Part shown: piece after piece, positions 13,925-26,700 of the stretch | Position numbering within the stretch: position 1 is the first letter of the stretch | How the letters are laid out: the number at the start of each line of letters is the position of its first letter | Origin: Takakia lepidozioides | Taxonomy: Eukaryota; Plantae; Bryophyta | Direction of reading: 5' to 3' | Length of the DNA stretch: 64,000 bases | NCBI GenBank assembly: GCA_030704615.1 | Contig: CM060734.1 | Location: 46,748,001-46,812,000, forward strand | Notes under the pieces: model-generated | Seen by the model: the letters and a program-made list of their open reading frames with translations, nothing else | Told to the model about the DNA's origin: nothing | Databases searched by the model: none | Program-made: the position numbers and the translations under genes

Positions 13925-15813
13925 TTACATCGCCAAAGCCAGTTTCTGCTGCTGTTCTTGCTCAGCTCTCAGCTGCCTATGCAGTGCACTTAGACCAGCC
14001 TCTCTCCTTAGACCAGCTTCCCTCAAAATTGTTCCCAACCCCGTCCCAGCACTTGATCTTTGAGATGTTCTTGGCTTGACTTCGGGGGGTTGCCAAGCAT
14101 TATTATCCAGGGGCATCGCAACCTCTGGGACTACCTCACTCTTAAAGCTCCGCGACCGGTAGGCACCACTAACTACTCCCTCAACCTCCCCTTCCTCTAC
14201 CTTTTGGCCAGAGCCCTTGCCCAGCCTTGCAGCCTCCATCCCATTCTTCATCTCTCTCATTACCTGCCTTGAATCTGCTTTCTGGTATTGCTCCTCCATC
14301 TCAGACGTGTATCTGGAGTCCCAACCTGTGCCTCTCACAGCGATTCTCGCAATGTCTCTGGCAGATGATTCATCACTTTGCTTGTGTTGGAACGCTTCAT
14401 TCGTCGTACGCTTGTAGGAGGAGAACCACTTAGCTCGCAAGTACTCAGGTTTTCGCCATGGCGGTAAGTGCATACCTCTATTCTTCAAAGACAGCTTAAC
14501 AGCCTCGGACATGACACTCACAATCTGCTGGAGTCGCTCAGGTTTCCCGACAAAAACAGTAGGCAACACTTGCACGACTGCGTTGTACTGATGGGTAGGG
14601 CGCGCAATCTCAAACTGGGCCCTGAAGTCTGTGTCAACTATCACCCTCTCGCTTTTGTTGTTCAATGCATCCAAGATGATATCAATGTACTCGTAGTCAC
14701 CTGAGAAAAACAGAGAACACCTCGATCAACTACTGCAGCATATGCATGTTCCATCAGAGAGTTCCGATCGGACACAGAGCTCCACTTTCCTACTCCCTCA
14801 AGGTCATTCACATGAAGACAACTGTTCCCAGCACCGACTCCCATTACCACTCTGAAACGAAACGTTTCTTGGATCAAAATGTGACCGAGATTGATCTACC
14901 CAGCAATGATCCTCCCCTGAAATTACAGCTTATAAGCGCACAACCGATGCTCACCTCCTGGAAAGCCTCCTGCGTGATCCCATCTTGACTTGCAAATGGC
15001 GGCATTGTATCCTGCGGCTCGGAGATGCGTCATGACTGAACGTCGTATGCAAGCGTTGAGGCCATCGTCCTTGCCGATGACAGTCACGTCCTTCACAGAA
15101 TTAAGTGCCTGGGATACTTCTGCCCACAGGTTCTTCTCAACGAAGCCAAAGCATGGAGTCAAGCCCTGTAACAAACCGACCACAATGTTAGAGGTCGTTT
15201 CAAGCGAGACGTTTGAAAAAGCAAAGAGCGAAATCTTCAGTCTACTGGGCAGAACCAAAACATCGGTTTTGTTGGCAATCACCCCACCGGTGAGTGAAGT
15301 CACCTGTAAGATCTCAGAAAACTCTCCTCCAAAGCTGGATTTTGAATCTTCCTCATCATTGCTGGAGCATCCTCCACCATTGCAAGTACTTGTTTCACAG
15401 TTGCAGCGGGCCCTGCCGCATCTCCCAAGGTCGGCCTCATCCTCCATGAATTCGTTCACCATGGCCGCCAAGCAGACAGAGTTCGGCTCATGCTCACTGC
15501 CGCTGCTACAGTAATTGGTATCAACTCTATCGGCATCTAATCCACTGCCCCCTAGCCTTGCCTTGGATTTCTCTGCCAAAAGATCTTGCTTGGGCCTCAC
15601 TGCTTGTGCACATGCCTGCAGCTGAGATGGCCGGAAAGCCGAGGGCGAGTTGAGAGAAAGCATGCGTGCAATTCGTAGCTGCGACAGGGCAGATGGTGGA
15701 ACCCTCTCGTCCCACGCTTTCTCAGTTTTCGATGAATTCATCGACTCGGAAGAACTGCCTCTACTTGCTTTGGACGCAGAGGTCAGGGGTCGAAGAGTCA
15801 TAAGACCTGGCAT
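13925..15813 (-). CDS. DUF506 (PDDEXK-like) family protein; exons 15813-15304, 15165-14955, 14700-13925
   Basis: Hallmark motifs SGSEHEPNSVCLAAMVNEFME, LRAAGYNAAICKSRW, GDYEYID, DFRAQFEIARPT and MHLPPWRK...WFS; GT-AG sites with consistent phases. Confidence 0.92.
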
Positions 15814-17430
15814 CTTGATGTCCTACACTGCGTTCAAACTAGCAATCGCTGAATCAAAATGTCAAACGAGAATTCTCGGTGGTCCGACTAACTTGACTTG
15901 GAATACGATCCTGCTTCAAAATTAAACATGCTCACATCACCTCCAGAGTCTGCAGTAACCTACCTTTTCTGCCCCTACTATATATATAGAATGCGCCACA
16001 CCCCGAAAGCTTAAAAGTTACGCAATGGATGCTCTAGTAGGCTTACACATCACTTGTCTCTCTCTGACAATCAAAATTCGACATTTCCATATCACTGATC
16101 GCTGATAGAGCAAGGACAAACTGCAAGCACAGAGAATGCTGAGACGGCCTCAGAAACCCACATGGTAGGTCTACAACCGAGTTATGGATCCACTGGATCT
16201 CGAGAAGCACAGTCTCAGCAGACTCCTCTACACGGGTGCACGCTCTCTCAAAGACCCATCAGAGGATATGCTGAGAAACACCTCCTCTCATAAGAACGCC
16301 AGCAACCGGCTTATGTATTGAGGAAGGTTGAGGAGGTGGAGTGCAGGGAGAGAGAGGTGCGGGGCGAGGAGTCAAGAGTTGCCACGCCATCGCCGACAGG
16401 GCGTTTCAACGGGTGCAGAGCCCGACCCGACCAGCCCGCTGTCAGGCCCGGCGTTTAAACGGGTACACATGGCACCGCTCAAGTTCCCAGCGGAAGAGCA
16501 AAACAGTCTTGGGTTAAGGAAAATCTCTTACAACTCCAACTCTTTCCCTTAAACAAATCTGACTGAGCAAATGCACCTCAAGACTCCAGTTGAAGTAAGC
16601 CTGGCACAGCAATCCAGGCACTTGGTGGAGCCCATGCCTCTTTTTGCATTGGATAGAGAGGCCCCTCTTTGCCATGAACCAAAGATGCTTGCTAGCATAT
16701 ACTTACTTACCCTCCTACTTAAGCTACCCAGTTGTTGAATGCTGGCCCACTGTGATCTCTTGGGATTTTTTGTGGGAGAAGATTTTGGAGGTAAGACTAT
16801 GTGGAAGGTGAATCCCTTTGTGGGTTTTCCTTCTTCTGTGGGAAACTTGGGAGACCCTGGTGCCTTTTTCATGTACCTACGGACCCATGAAGGTGATTAT
16901 ATTTGTGGCGTTTGATTTGTATGGTGATTGTGTCTGTGGGGTTTGATTTGGATGGTGAATCATGATTGTGTCTATGGGGTTTGATAAGACGGCGACTTAG
17001 CGCACTTGTTGGTTGTGATATAAAATTTGTACATTTTTGGTTTTGATTAGAAGGTGATATCATGTACCTATGTGAAGTTTGGAGCGTCCTTAGTTTATGT
17101 GCTTCGTCCATAGTCCGGGCACTTTGGGTTGGCTCGTGGGAGATTGGAATAACAATTGAACAAGGTTGCCTAGTTGCAGGTGGCCTTGGACGCTATGGCG
17201 GCCGGAACCGTTTCTGGTGATTCCGATAATGTTGCTTGACCATCGACCATACTAAGAAGCAGACCTAATAATTCGTATTTGGCAGCGACATTCTTAAGGA
17301 ATTTTCCTGGGAAGCAGCCTTCCGTGAAAGTCAAGATCGGTGGCCCACTTTTATAAACTACTCACATTCTTGCCGTCTACAGTCTACACCCACCACATTC
17401 TGTAAATTGTTAAGGACTCTTGTTTGGGTA

Positions 17431-17460
17431 GACTGGTGAAGACTGGTGAAGACTGGTGAA
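17431..17460. repeat. 10-bp tandem repeat (GACTGGTGAA)x3
   Basis: Three exact adjacent copies. Confidence 0.9.
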
Positions 17461-20400
17461 AGTCAAAAAGAATGAATCAATGTAAGCAAGCGTCCTCTTC
17501 ACCCTCAATCAGTGCATAATACAAAGGGCAAAGCACATGCAAAGAAATTATAAAGAAATGGAGTCTGGGGTTGATGATAATAAAGACTGTAGTAACTCAC
17601 ATGGTCGTCACAGAGGGCACAAGCGTCACAGCCCAATTATAGATGTAAAGGCAAGAACTGAAACTTGGGCAAGAAGCCATTTCCCAGGGCTCACCAGCAC
17701 ACCACCCAATGCGGAAGTTAAGGCAAGAATTAAGATTAAACCAAGAACCCACCTGCAGAACTTGGTCATCTTCACCTGATCTTCACCCTACAAGCAAGAA
17801 CAGGTAATTACTCTAGAACCCACCTCACCATCTTCCTTGGTTCTTGGTCAAATGATGTCAGAGTGTAGTATATAATAATGAGAAACAGCATATCCCAGAA
17901 AGATGCCCCACATCTTATGGCACTGGCGGTAACTTACCACCGGTCTAAAACCACCCTGTCACTCAAAGCCACCCCAGGAGAATTTGGAATCTCCTGGGCA
18001 GCTACCTGTTTGAAGCTTGGGCTTGCCATGAAAGAAAAAATGACGCATGCCTGAGAAATTGGTCCGATCTCAGTTTTTATTGTACCATTTTCTTCTCTGT
18101 TTTTATGAAAAGAACTTAAGGGGAGGAAGCCCTTTGATTCATATCAATACAAGGGGAAAAAAAGAAAAACCTTGTGGGTGCCCTGAGGCTAACGATGTTG
18201 GTCAACATTCCCGGATCTATCCTATCCTAACAGAAATAGAAGCCATGAAACTTTGAACGCAAACCTGGGGGTGATCCAGAGCAACTAAGCAGAAGGAGCT
18301 TCCTACCTACTACCGTCTATCTCGAACTACAGAAGGGACAAAACTGCTGAGCAGAGAACAGAAGCAACTAAGAACCCACAGTTTAGCGCTTACTACGCAA
18401 ACGGCTCAAAAGTGAGATGGAGTTCCTGTTTTTAGGTGCTTCCATCTTCATATACCAATTTTGGTCTTCACTATCCCTTTTGTTCGTCTCAAAGGGCTTG
18501 TCAAGGTCCATTGTGAAATTTGAGACTACCCACGTAGTACTTATGACGAGGTCAAGCCAACCTCAAAAAACGGTAATTCTATTTCCAAATTTCCGACTTT
18601 GTGGTTATTTACATACTATATTGACTACTAATAATTCCGACGGGTCAAATGGGTCCACAAGCAAGAGCACAATTTGGGTAAGTATGTACATGGGATGGCA
18701 TGTGGGGTCCAAGCGATCGACGTTGATGACTCTCGAAAGATAGCGACAGTGATGGTCGGTATTGGATGCAGCGCCGTGACACTCTCATAGGAGCTCTCGC
18801 AGTACCCTATGCACCAGATTTTCCAAACAACCCAACTCTAAGTCTGTACATAACATTTTTCGCTGCATCATGTGGCCATCATCCTTACAACCGGACACCC
18901 ACTCTCGAAACTTGAGCTTCTTCGACAAACATATACAAAATCCCTTTCTAGGGTTCTCTTGGACTAGTCAGCACCAGCAAGTAACAATAAATAGATAAAT
19001 AACCAAGTGGCTTTTTTTAAATTTTTAATCATCAGCTGATGACGTTGAATAAGCAAAGGGAATGTCCACTTTAACTTAGGTACTCTCTCATCCACCCCCG
19101 CAATTGCAGCCTTGTTGTCCGATCATTGTACTCCTGCCTTGGCTTGCAGCCACACCTGACCCACATTTGTTGTTGAGCTAAACCCCTCATAAACCCCTCT
19201 CTCATCACTCGCACACTGCTCAAGGCCCTGCGCCAGAGAGAGTACACATGCGGAGTTGGTGATCAATGCCGCTAACCAAGCCCCCCACTTCGAAGTTTGC
19301 CATCTCACTTGTCACGATCGCCAGGCGCCCTAACCACATCTCAACACAACCGAATTAATGAAACCAAAGCAAAAGCGCAGGGAATCGTGGAACGCAGGCG
19401 CCGAATGGGGCGCCCCCACTCGCGCGCGCGTGCGGAGTGCGGACGCGAGTCGCTGAGGCCGCGCGGCGCGAGGCCGCCGCGAGTCCTCGCAACTTCCAAG
19501 TCCCGAGCGGGACCGAGTGTCCCGGAGATGTCCCGCCATGCCTCTGTGCCTACGAGTCCCGGGAGAGGGAGGGCGTGTCAGAGTGTAGAGAGGAAGAGGG
19601 ATCGTCTCGCACCTCAGCTCCTCTCCAATAGCGATGCTCTCATACGCCTCCAAGTGGATCGCTCGTGGACAGAGCGATCCACAGGTATATTTGGCGGAGG
19701 TATATCTGGTTTGACGGAAGTTTCTTCGGTACTGCAGACTGCAAACCGCATTGAATTGGCGAGCGAAAAGAGAGTCTGAGCAGCCGTCAGAGTGAGATTT
19801 GCGCTAGGTATAGGGTTTGAACTTTGAGGAAGGTACTAGATGGCAGCATTTAGAGATGCTTGAAGCATATGTTTTTCTTGGGAGATGGTGGCTTGGCAAT
19901 AAGGTTGGAGAGCATATCCGGATGCTCTCGGGAACCCATCATTGAGGAAGTACTGGACAGAGGAAGACCGATTCTACGGCAACAACTTATTAGCCCCCAA
20001 AGTGTAAGGAAGGATAGTACGAGCAAGGCTAGCGGCTAGCCCATCATCACCACGGAACTGCAAGTCCTTGCCGCAATGATCTTGATGGCGAGCACGCCGA
20101 GCACTTCATCTCCCTCGCTATCATTAACTGACTTCTGCCTCTCATGGATGAAGCTGAACCTGCCAATCATGCTCCGAAAGTCGCCTTTGCTCATTCAAAT
20201 CGAAGTACCAACCAAATGCGGCTGGATGAGAAGTAGTCTTCCCTCCCTCTACAAAAAACTCTAGTTATTAGTCCAAACCCTAAACAGAGTTGTTGCAGAG
20301 ACTGCCAGAGAGCAGTCACAGCAATGATCAGAAGTAGCCCACGGTCCACCAAACAAAACCACGCGGCTCTGCGAACCGCGCGTGTGCGGTTCGTCCGACA

Positions 20401-20745
20401 ACCGTGCGGCCGCGGCATGGCGCCATACGTGTCGGTAAACCGGGTGGTGCACGGCCACGTGGAGGTGACGGCGCCGCCGTATTGCCGAGTACGGAAAGTC
20501 TCATTAGGGCTGCCCGGGGCCGTGTCATTCGCACGGGGGACCGGTGACCGGGCTGGCCGGGCGCCGGTCGCCCCGGCCCTACACTTGTCGTGGTTGGACG
20601 GAGATGGATGGCAGGCGTCATTACGAGGCCACCTACTTCCTCGCGATTTCCGTAAAGGTTTTTGGTGGCATGCACGCAACGGGGCGGGCAGCAGGCAGCG
20701 CAGGGCACGAAGCCTGAGGATTATTAGCGAAGAAGAGCCACGGGG

Positions 20746-21954
20746 GATAAGATCAGAAGGGAAGCTGCTGGGTATGCAGCCGTTAGGCAGCTCCTGACGT
20801 GGGTTCTATTGCAACGCAAGTTGATAGGCTGCTTCGGAGGGGCGTGTTCGGGATGCTGTGAGTTGGCAGACATTGAAGGAAGGTAACTGAGAGAGGAGAG
20901 GGGTGATGGCAGGGACCTTCTTGCTGCTTTTCGTGCACCCAGAGTCCGTGTGTGATGGAGTGATAGGGTGCAGGGTGACAGGGAGGTTTGACAGAGCCAT
21001 AGAGCGTCTGGCAGGTTGCCACATTGTGAGGCAGGATTGGCGGCATGATGTAGAGAGCTATTATTGTCACTTGCCAGATGATCATTGTCATACAGTGTGG
21101 GAGAGACTGGGGACACTTGTGGGGGTGCCACATGAGATTGGTGATAAGCCATAAGCTGGCGTGGAAGAATAGGGGTTGAATTGAAACACAGCCTGCTCAG
21201 CATTGTTTTGTATAAAGTTTGGATAAGCTGAGAGATGGACAGGGAGTTAGGTAGCACGTGGGCCTTCTCATACATGGATCAAGGCCACGAGGCTGCTGCT
21301 GCATGATTGGGTGCAGCTTCGTCTAAAATAAGGCTCCTCTTTGGTATGATAGGCTTATCATCCAAAACTGGTCCCAAGGAATTTTTTTGGGGAGCAGATC
21401 CGCTTAGTTTAATGGGATAATCATTGTCAATTCTTTCCACCTAATAATTGGTCTTTGGGAAGCCGATTTCTTTTCCGCAAGGTTTCTGCTCGCTCCACTT
21501 GAGTGAGTACTTTCGCCCATGTGATAAGTTAGAACCTGGTATGGTAGATTGGCAAGGCGATGAACTAACTTTCTTTCAAGTTATGTTCATCAAATGCCTT
21601 GGGTTTTGAAGAGGGTATAAGTGGTAGGATGTGCTAAAGTACAGTCTTAGATAGACAGTACAGCTTGCTTATCTTATCAAGATTTGCAAGTTTGAAAAGC
21701 AGCCAGGCTAGAGCTTCCCACCCTTCCTGCAGTTTTTACCGCAACCAGGGGAGCGTGGCTTAGCTGGGCGATAGCTTATCACCCACTAGTGATAGAGTAC
21801 AGTCCACCAGTACATAAATGAAGTTCTTGCAGAGGAGTACCTAGCCTAACTGATAACTGATCTGATAACATTTCAAACTGTATAACTGATCATCAGCATG
21901 GGCCCCATGACTCGGGGTAAGTTACGTTCCCTTGGATCTACTCGCTCACTTATC
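20746..21954. promoter_or_regulatory. Homotypic cluster of I-box (GATAAG/CTTATC) motifs
   Basis: Nine exact GATAAG/CTTATC hexamers counted (near 20746, 21143, 21222, 21354, 21523, 21668, 21673, 21775, 21949) plus further GATAG/GATAA sites, in non-repetitive sequence. Confidence 0.5.
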
Positions 21955-21961
21955 ACGTTTC

Positions 21962-22447
21962 TGTAGGTGTATAACCAACATGAATGCAAAACCCTCCTAG
22001 GCTCAAGGTTTGGATACTGTGATTCTTGGGGGCCCACCCCCCTAACAATGAGTCAGTGGGCTCCCGCGGGTTCATGGCCTGGTTTTGTTTTTGCGGATTT
22101 GCTGTGATGCCTATGTTATGTGCCCGACAACTAGTGTGGAATCTGGATCTGCTTGGGTCTGACCCGCCCACTCTTGTATAAAAGTAGAGAAGACAGACAT
22201 GGCCCCAATGTGAAGAACAACCTCGCTGTGTGTGCCATTGTTTGCATTCTTGTCTCTCTTGATTCCCACCGCCTTTGCTACATATCTCCCTTGTCCCTGC
22301 CCATGTGCGTCCTCCCAAATGTGGACACTGCGAAAACGGTTCACCATTGGACTAGATACATCATAGCGGGTCTGCTCTCCCCTACCTTTACCCAAGGTGG
22401 GTTGAGGACCAAACCTGTGTTGGGACTGGATTCAACCCCCCTGGACA
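21962..22447. mobile_element. Candidate solo LTR
   Basis: TG...CA bounds (TGTAGG...CCTGGACA) and an internal TATAAAA. The flanks (GTTTC/GTTGT) match only partly as a TSD. Confidence 0.3.
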
Positions 22448-23701
22448 GTTGTTGACAATCACCCCGTCCTCAGACGGAGGCAGGGTTAAAATTGATGTCA
22501 CTCATGTACAAGTAAAGTTTGTTTCACGTCCCGTGAATTTAGCCTTGGTCAAGATTAGTGAAGTGATTGGCAAGCAACAGCAGTAAAAGTAAGTTAGAAG
22601 CAATGATCTTCTCTTCTCAGCCTTTGGCACAGCAGCCGGCAGCGCTAATTAATACCAGAATACCATTAACACCCCTGCGACTTTGAATGGCAATCCACAA
22701 TCCAGACCATCAAACATCACACCTGTGTATTTCTAAACTCGCCCACTGGGTAACGTGGCACATTGCCCCAAGCTTACACGTGGGCCTCCCATGCACCTTT
22801 GGCATATCCCGAAGGTTCCTTTGTATATTCAGAAGCATCTTAGGGCTTTAGTCCCGATACCGTGTGACGTGTCCTAGGGTTTAGGTGGAATCTAGCAGGT
22901 ACATTGCATATGCTGTCGGGATCTGAGGGTCTAGTCACAAAAGCACTCTGTATTGCTACGGTCACCCACATTGAGCAGCAAGGGCGTTCTTATTAGGGAC
23001 AATAGAGCTGTAGAAGAGGTGATTGGGAAAGAGAGTTCACATACCTTGTTGATGAAGCCAAGAGTTGGGGAGAAGACAAAGCAGGTTGGAATCACAGATT
23101 GAGGAAAATGCACCAGCAAATTCGAATAATAAAAAGTTAAAACAAAGAAAGTATACAAGCTGAGGCTCAACAAGGATATGGACAAAATTGAGGCATCTCT
23201 TTGATCCATCTACCAAGAAGACTTGTGGTACCCGACCTTGGCCTTAACAAGGTGCTCCGGTTTCAGGCAACCAGTTCCTCTGCATTCCAAGAGGCATACC
23301 AGCCAAAGTGTTCAGATTGAAATCTTCACCACAGAGTGTGCCAAAGAGTTGAGGTTTGGACAGATGAAAAAGAATAAAAGTGAACTCAAGGGGGCTATTT
23401 TTGGATGCACCCTTGTAATTATGGAGCCCTTTGCACCCAGAGGCAGGACAAGGTCCTTTGTTTGGGAACGGGGTTTGAATTTTGTCAATGCTGATGCGCA
23501 GTTATGAACGCATCCTGCTATCAGCAGAACTGGTTTTCCCCAGTTCTTCTCATCCCCCTCCAATCAGCATGGACTAAATTGATAAAATGGAAAAAATCAA
23601 GGGGACATGTCGAATACGTTACACAGCTAACATTACACGATGAAACCCTGCAAATCTCATAAACCCCAGAAAGATCGAATACCACAAACATGAAAGGTTC
23701 T

Positions 23702-26700
23702 TCAAACATCATATGTGCCAGGTCCTGGCAAGTCATCAATTGGACGATTCCATCGTAATCCTTTTGTGAAGTTGATGAAGGGTGGGTTAGCACATCTCGA
23801 ATTGGCTTGGTTACCCTGCTCCACAATCAGAATCAGCCAATTAGTCCCTTCTTTGAGACACCCGTTGTCTGAAATCAAGGAGAGCATCTCCATCTGTCCC
23901 TGATGCTCTCCTTGACCATTCCCTGTAAACACAGTCCGTTATGTACACTTGAGGGCATTGTCCAGGAGGGATAATAACCTGCCCAGTGGGAATTCAAAGA
24001 AATGAAATTCATGAAAACATAGCCATTCGAGACTGGGAATTGACGTCATAACAGAAGCACGATGTTGTTCCCAGCATGTCTACTGTATCCCTGGTACATA
24101 TGTGGCTCTGATTGTACTCCTGTAGAGACATGAAGAGAGGAAGAAGAGGAAGAAGAGGAAGTATTTTTTTAAGCTATATTAATGAGAAGTAACTCAGCAA
24201 GCCTTGAAAAGGATGAGTGAAATTCTGCTGTTCTCTACATTCTCACAATGGTCTCTCATACAGACGGGGAACGCACCATGGATGATACTTGCTTGAAGCA
24301 GCCGGGACCTGGGGAGGTTTCTCCATAGTGGCTTTTATCATGCTCCTTCGACAAAAATACCTTCATTGATTCCATAAGCAGTGCCAAGGGCACAGCTGTT
24401 AGTACACTGGAAAGACTAAAGTTACTGTGGGGAGTGCTCCCTCAGTATTAAATCCACGGGAAAAGTTACTTTTCTCTGCACACTCAACAAACATTCGGCA
24501 ATGGACCATGACAAAACCATAAACTGCCGTTCATGCAGTCCTTTAAAGGTTTTGAAAATTGATATTTTTCATACACGGTCTCAACCTGAAATATGCTGGC
24601 ATTCGATTAGAATGCTTCATGTCACATCTACAGGTTTTCGAGACTTTGCAGCTCTGAGGAGTTCAAATGTTCATGTTAGTAAAGATAGAGGGATGCTTTC
24701 AATCTCCTTTTGGGTATGAGGAACTGTTCTCCGTACTCAAATGTAACATATTTGGCATTTCAGCCTTTGGTCTATGCAAAATGATCAAGATCTGACTTCT
24801 TAAGTAGGCCTTTTTTCCAATCCCACTTATGTTGTCTCTCTCTCTCTCTCTCCCTTTTGTTCCCGCTCAAACTGGGTGCGGGGTCAATGGCCACAAGGCT
24901 ACGGCAAACAACGTCTTATGAGTACAATCTCTCTCTCTCTCTCTCTGGCAGCCTACCTGCACGAGGCATTCACCCTTAGACAATCAGTCGAACAATAGTT
25001 CTTATCATTGACTCTGGTTTCCTGTTTTCTCTCGTGTTTTTCTTTCCATTTTGTCCCATAAGCTCTATGAGCTTTCCGCGGACGTTATAAAGCACCATTT
25101 CATTTCATATCTCTGGTTTTTGTCTCGTGTTTCTATGATTTTGAATGCTGAAATGCCTTGGCTGAGTCTCCCGTGTTGACACAGAAACTCAGTACCTCTG
25201 CATCTGCACCCTCTGTCCAGAACTGATGACTTCAGCGGGGATTGTCTCATTCTTGTCATTTGACCCTCCAGCTTCTGAGTTATTGACTAGTTCAGAACCA
25301 CATGACACTAGCAGAAGGAATACCTTGTCCAATCTCGCACGTGAGCAATGTGGGAAGCTGAAGGCAGGGAGTGTGAGCCGCTGAGACTCAGCTTGCGTCC
25401 CCACTGACCCCTTTACCTTATACTGCCCTGGTCCTGCACTTTCTGGATCATATTTTATCTGTTCCCAACCCAAACAAAGCAAGCAACTCTTGTAAAGGTA
25501 TGGAAAGTAAAGCTTACCAATCCAATAATACATACATGCCCCCTCCTACACTGTCGCTTGTCCGGTCCACATTGTCCCCCTCAATATCTACTCACTACAT
25601 TTTCACTTCTGACCTCTCTTTGTCCACATCATAAAAAAACACAACCACCGCACCTAAGAAGGATCGTTCTTACAACAAGGAGGGAACCCTTGAAATTGTT
25701 TAGATAAAACCACCTCCATACACAGACAGGCAATTACTTGCAGCCTCCCTTTGGAACATGGTATATGCTTTACTTCTTCAAAAACAGAAGGATGGGCCTT
25801 ATAGTGGAAGATAATATGACAAGGTAAATATGACAATTGAGCTAGGTTAGCATTTGAAAATGCAGACGTGCACATGGCACTGCACAGTGCACTTTGAACA
25901 AGGGTTCCACATCATCCTCAAACAACAACAACCTCCCCCCCCCCCCGCCAAAAAGCATCCACCAGCCTGCCAAAGGCTATGATGATTCAAACCAAAGCAA
26001 ACCAGACCAGTAGTCCAACAACAAGGGAACAGCAAGCAGGACAACCCACAAAAGATTCTGCCCTAGAGAAAAAGATGGTGGTCTCCAAGAACTCAAAATT
26101 CCTTAATACAATGGCCTGGTCCAATCCAACCTAGGCCACACAACCACATTCTTCACATAGTGACTCACAAGCACATGACAGAGGTGGCTTGACAACCTAG
26201 TGTGAAGTCAAGTCCTTACAGAAAAGCACATCAAACACAGGTACAAATTGCGGCCTCTGAATTTTTACACAAATATCTATACACCAGATGTCGTTAAATC
26301 CAAATCAACAAAAGGCCTAGTGCACTAAACGATGATATGTTTAGATTATGAGTTCTGGGCTTTTGGCATTGGAATGATGATGTTATGAACTTATTTTCAA
26401 AGCTTTGCTGTGCTCAATCACTTCCCAGGACAAAGTAAAGGGTCTCTGTAGATTCTTTTGCTATTCTAAGCCTGAACTTCATGGGTTACTGAATGTAGTG
26501 CATGGATGTTACAGCACGCACACAGTCTCTCCTCTCCACCCTTGTCTCTCTGTCGATTCAAGGAGACATACATACAGGTTGAGGAACAGGGCTGGTTAAA
26601 GGACCTGGTCTCTCAGTCCCTTGGTAAAATTGATCACCGGAGCTGTTCGGTTTCTGGATGCAGATTGAGGGCCAAATGTAGTCCTTGCACCATACACACT

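Noticed and set aside
20757-21790. Short imperfect hairpins as miRNA precursors
   Set aside because: Stems are too short or irregular, and no conserved plant miRNA sequence was recognised.
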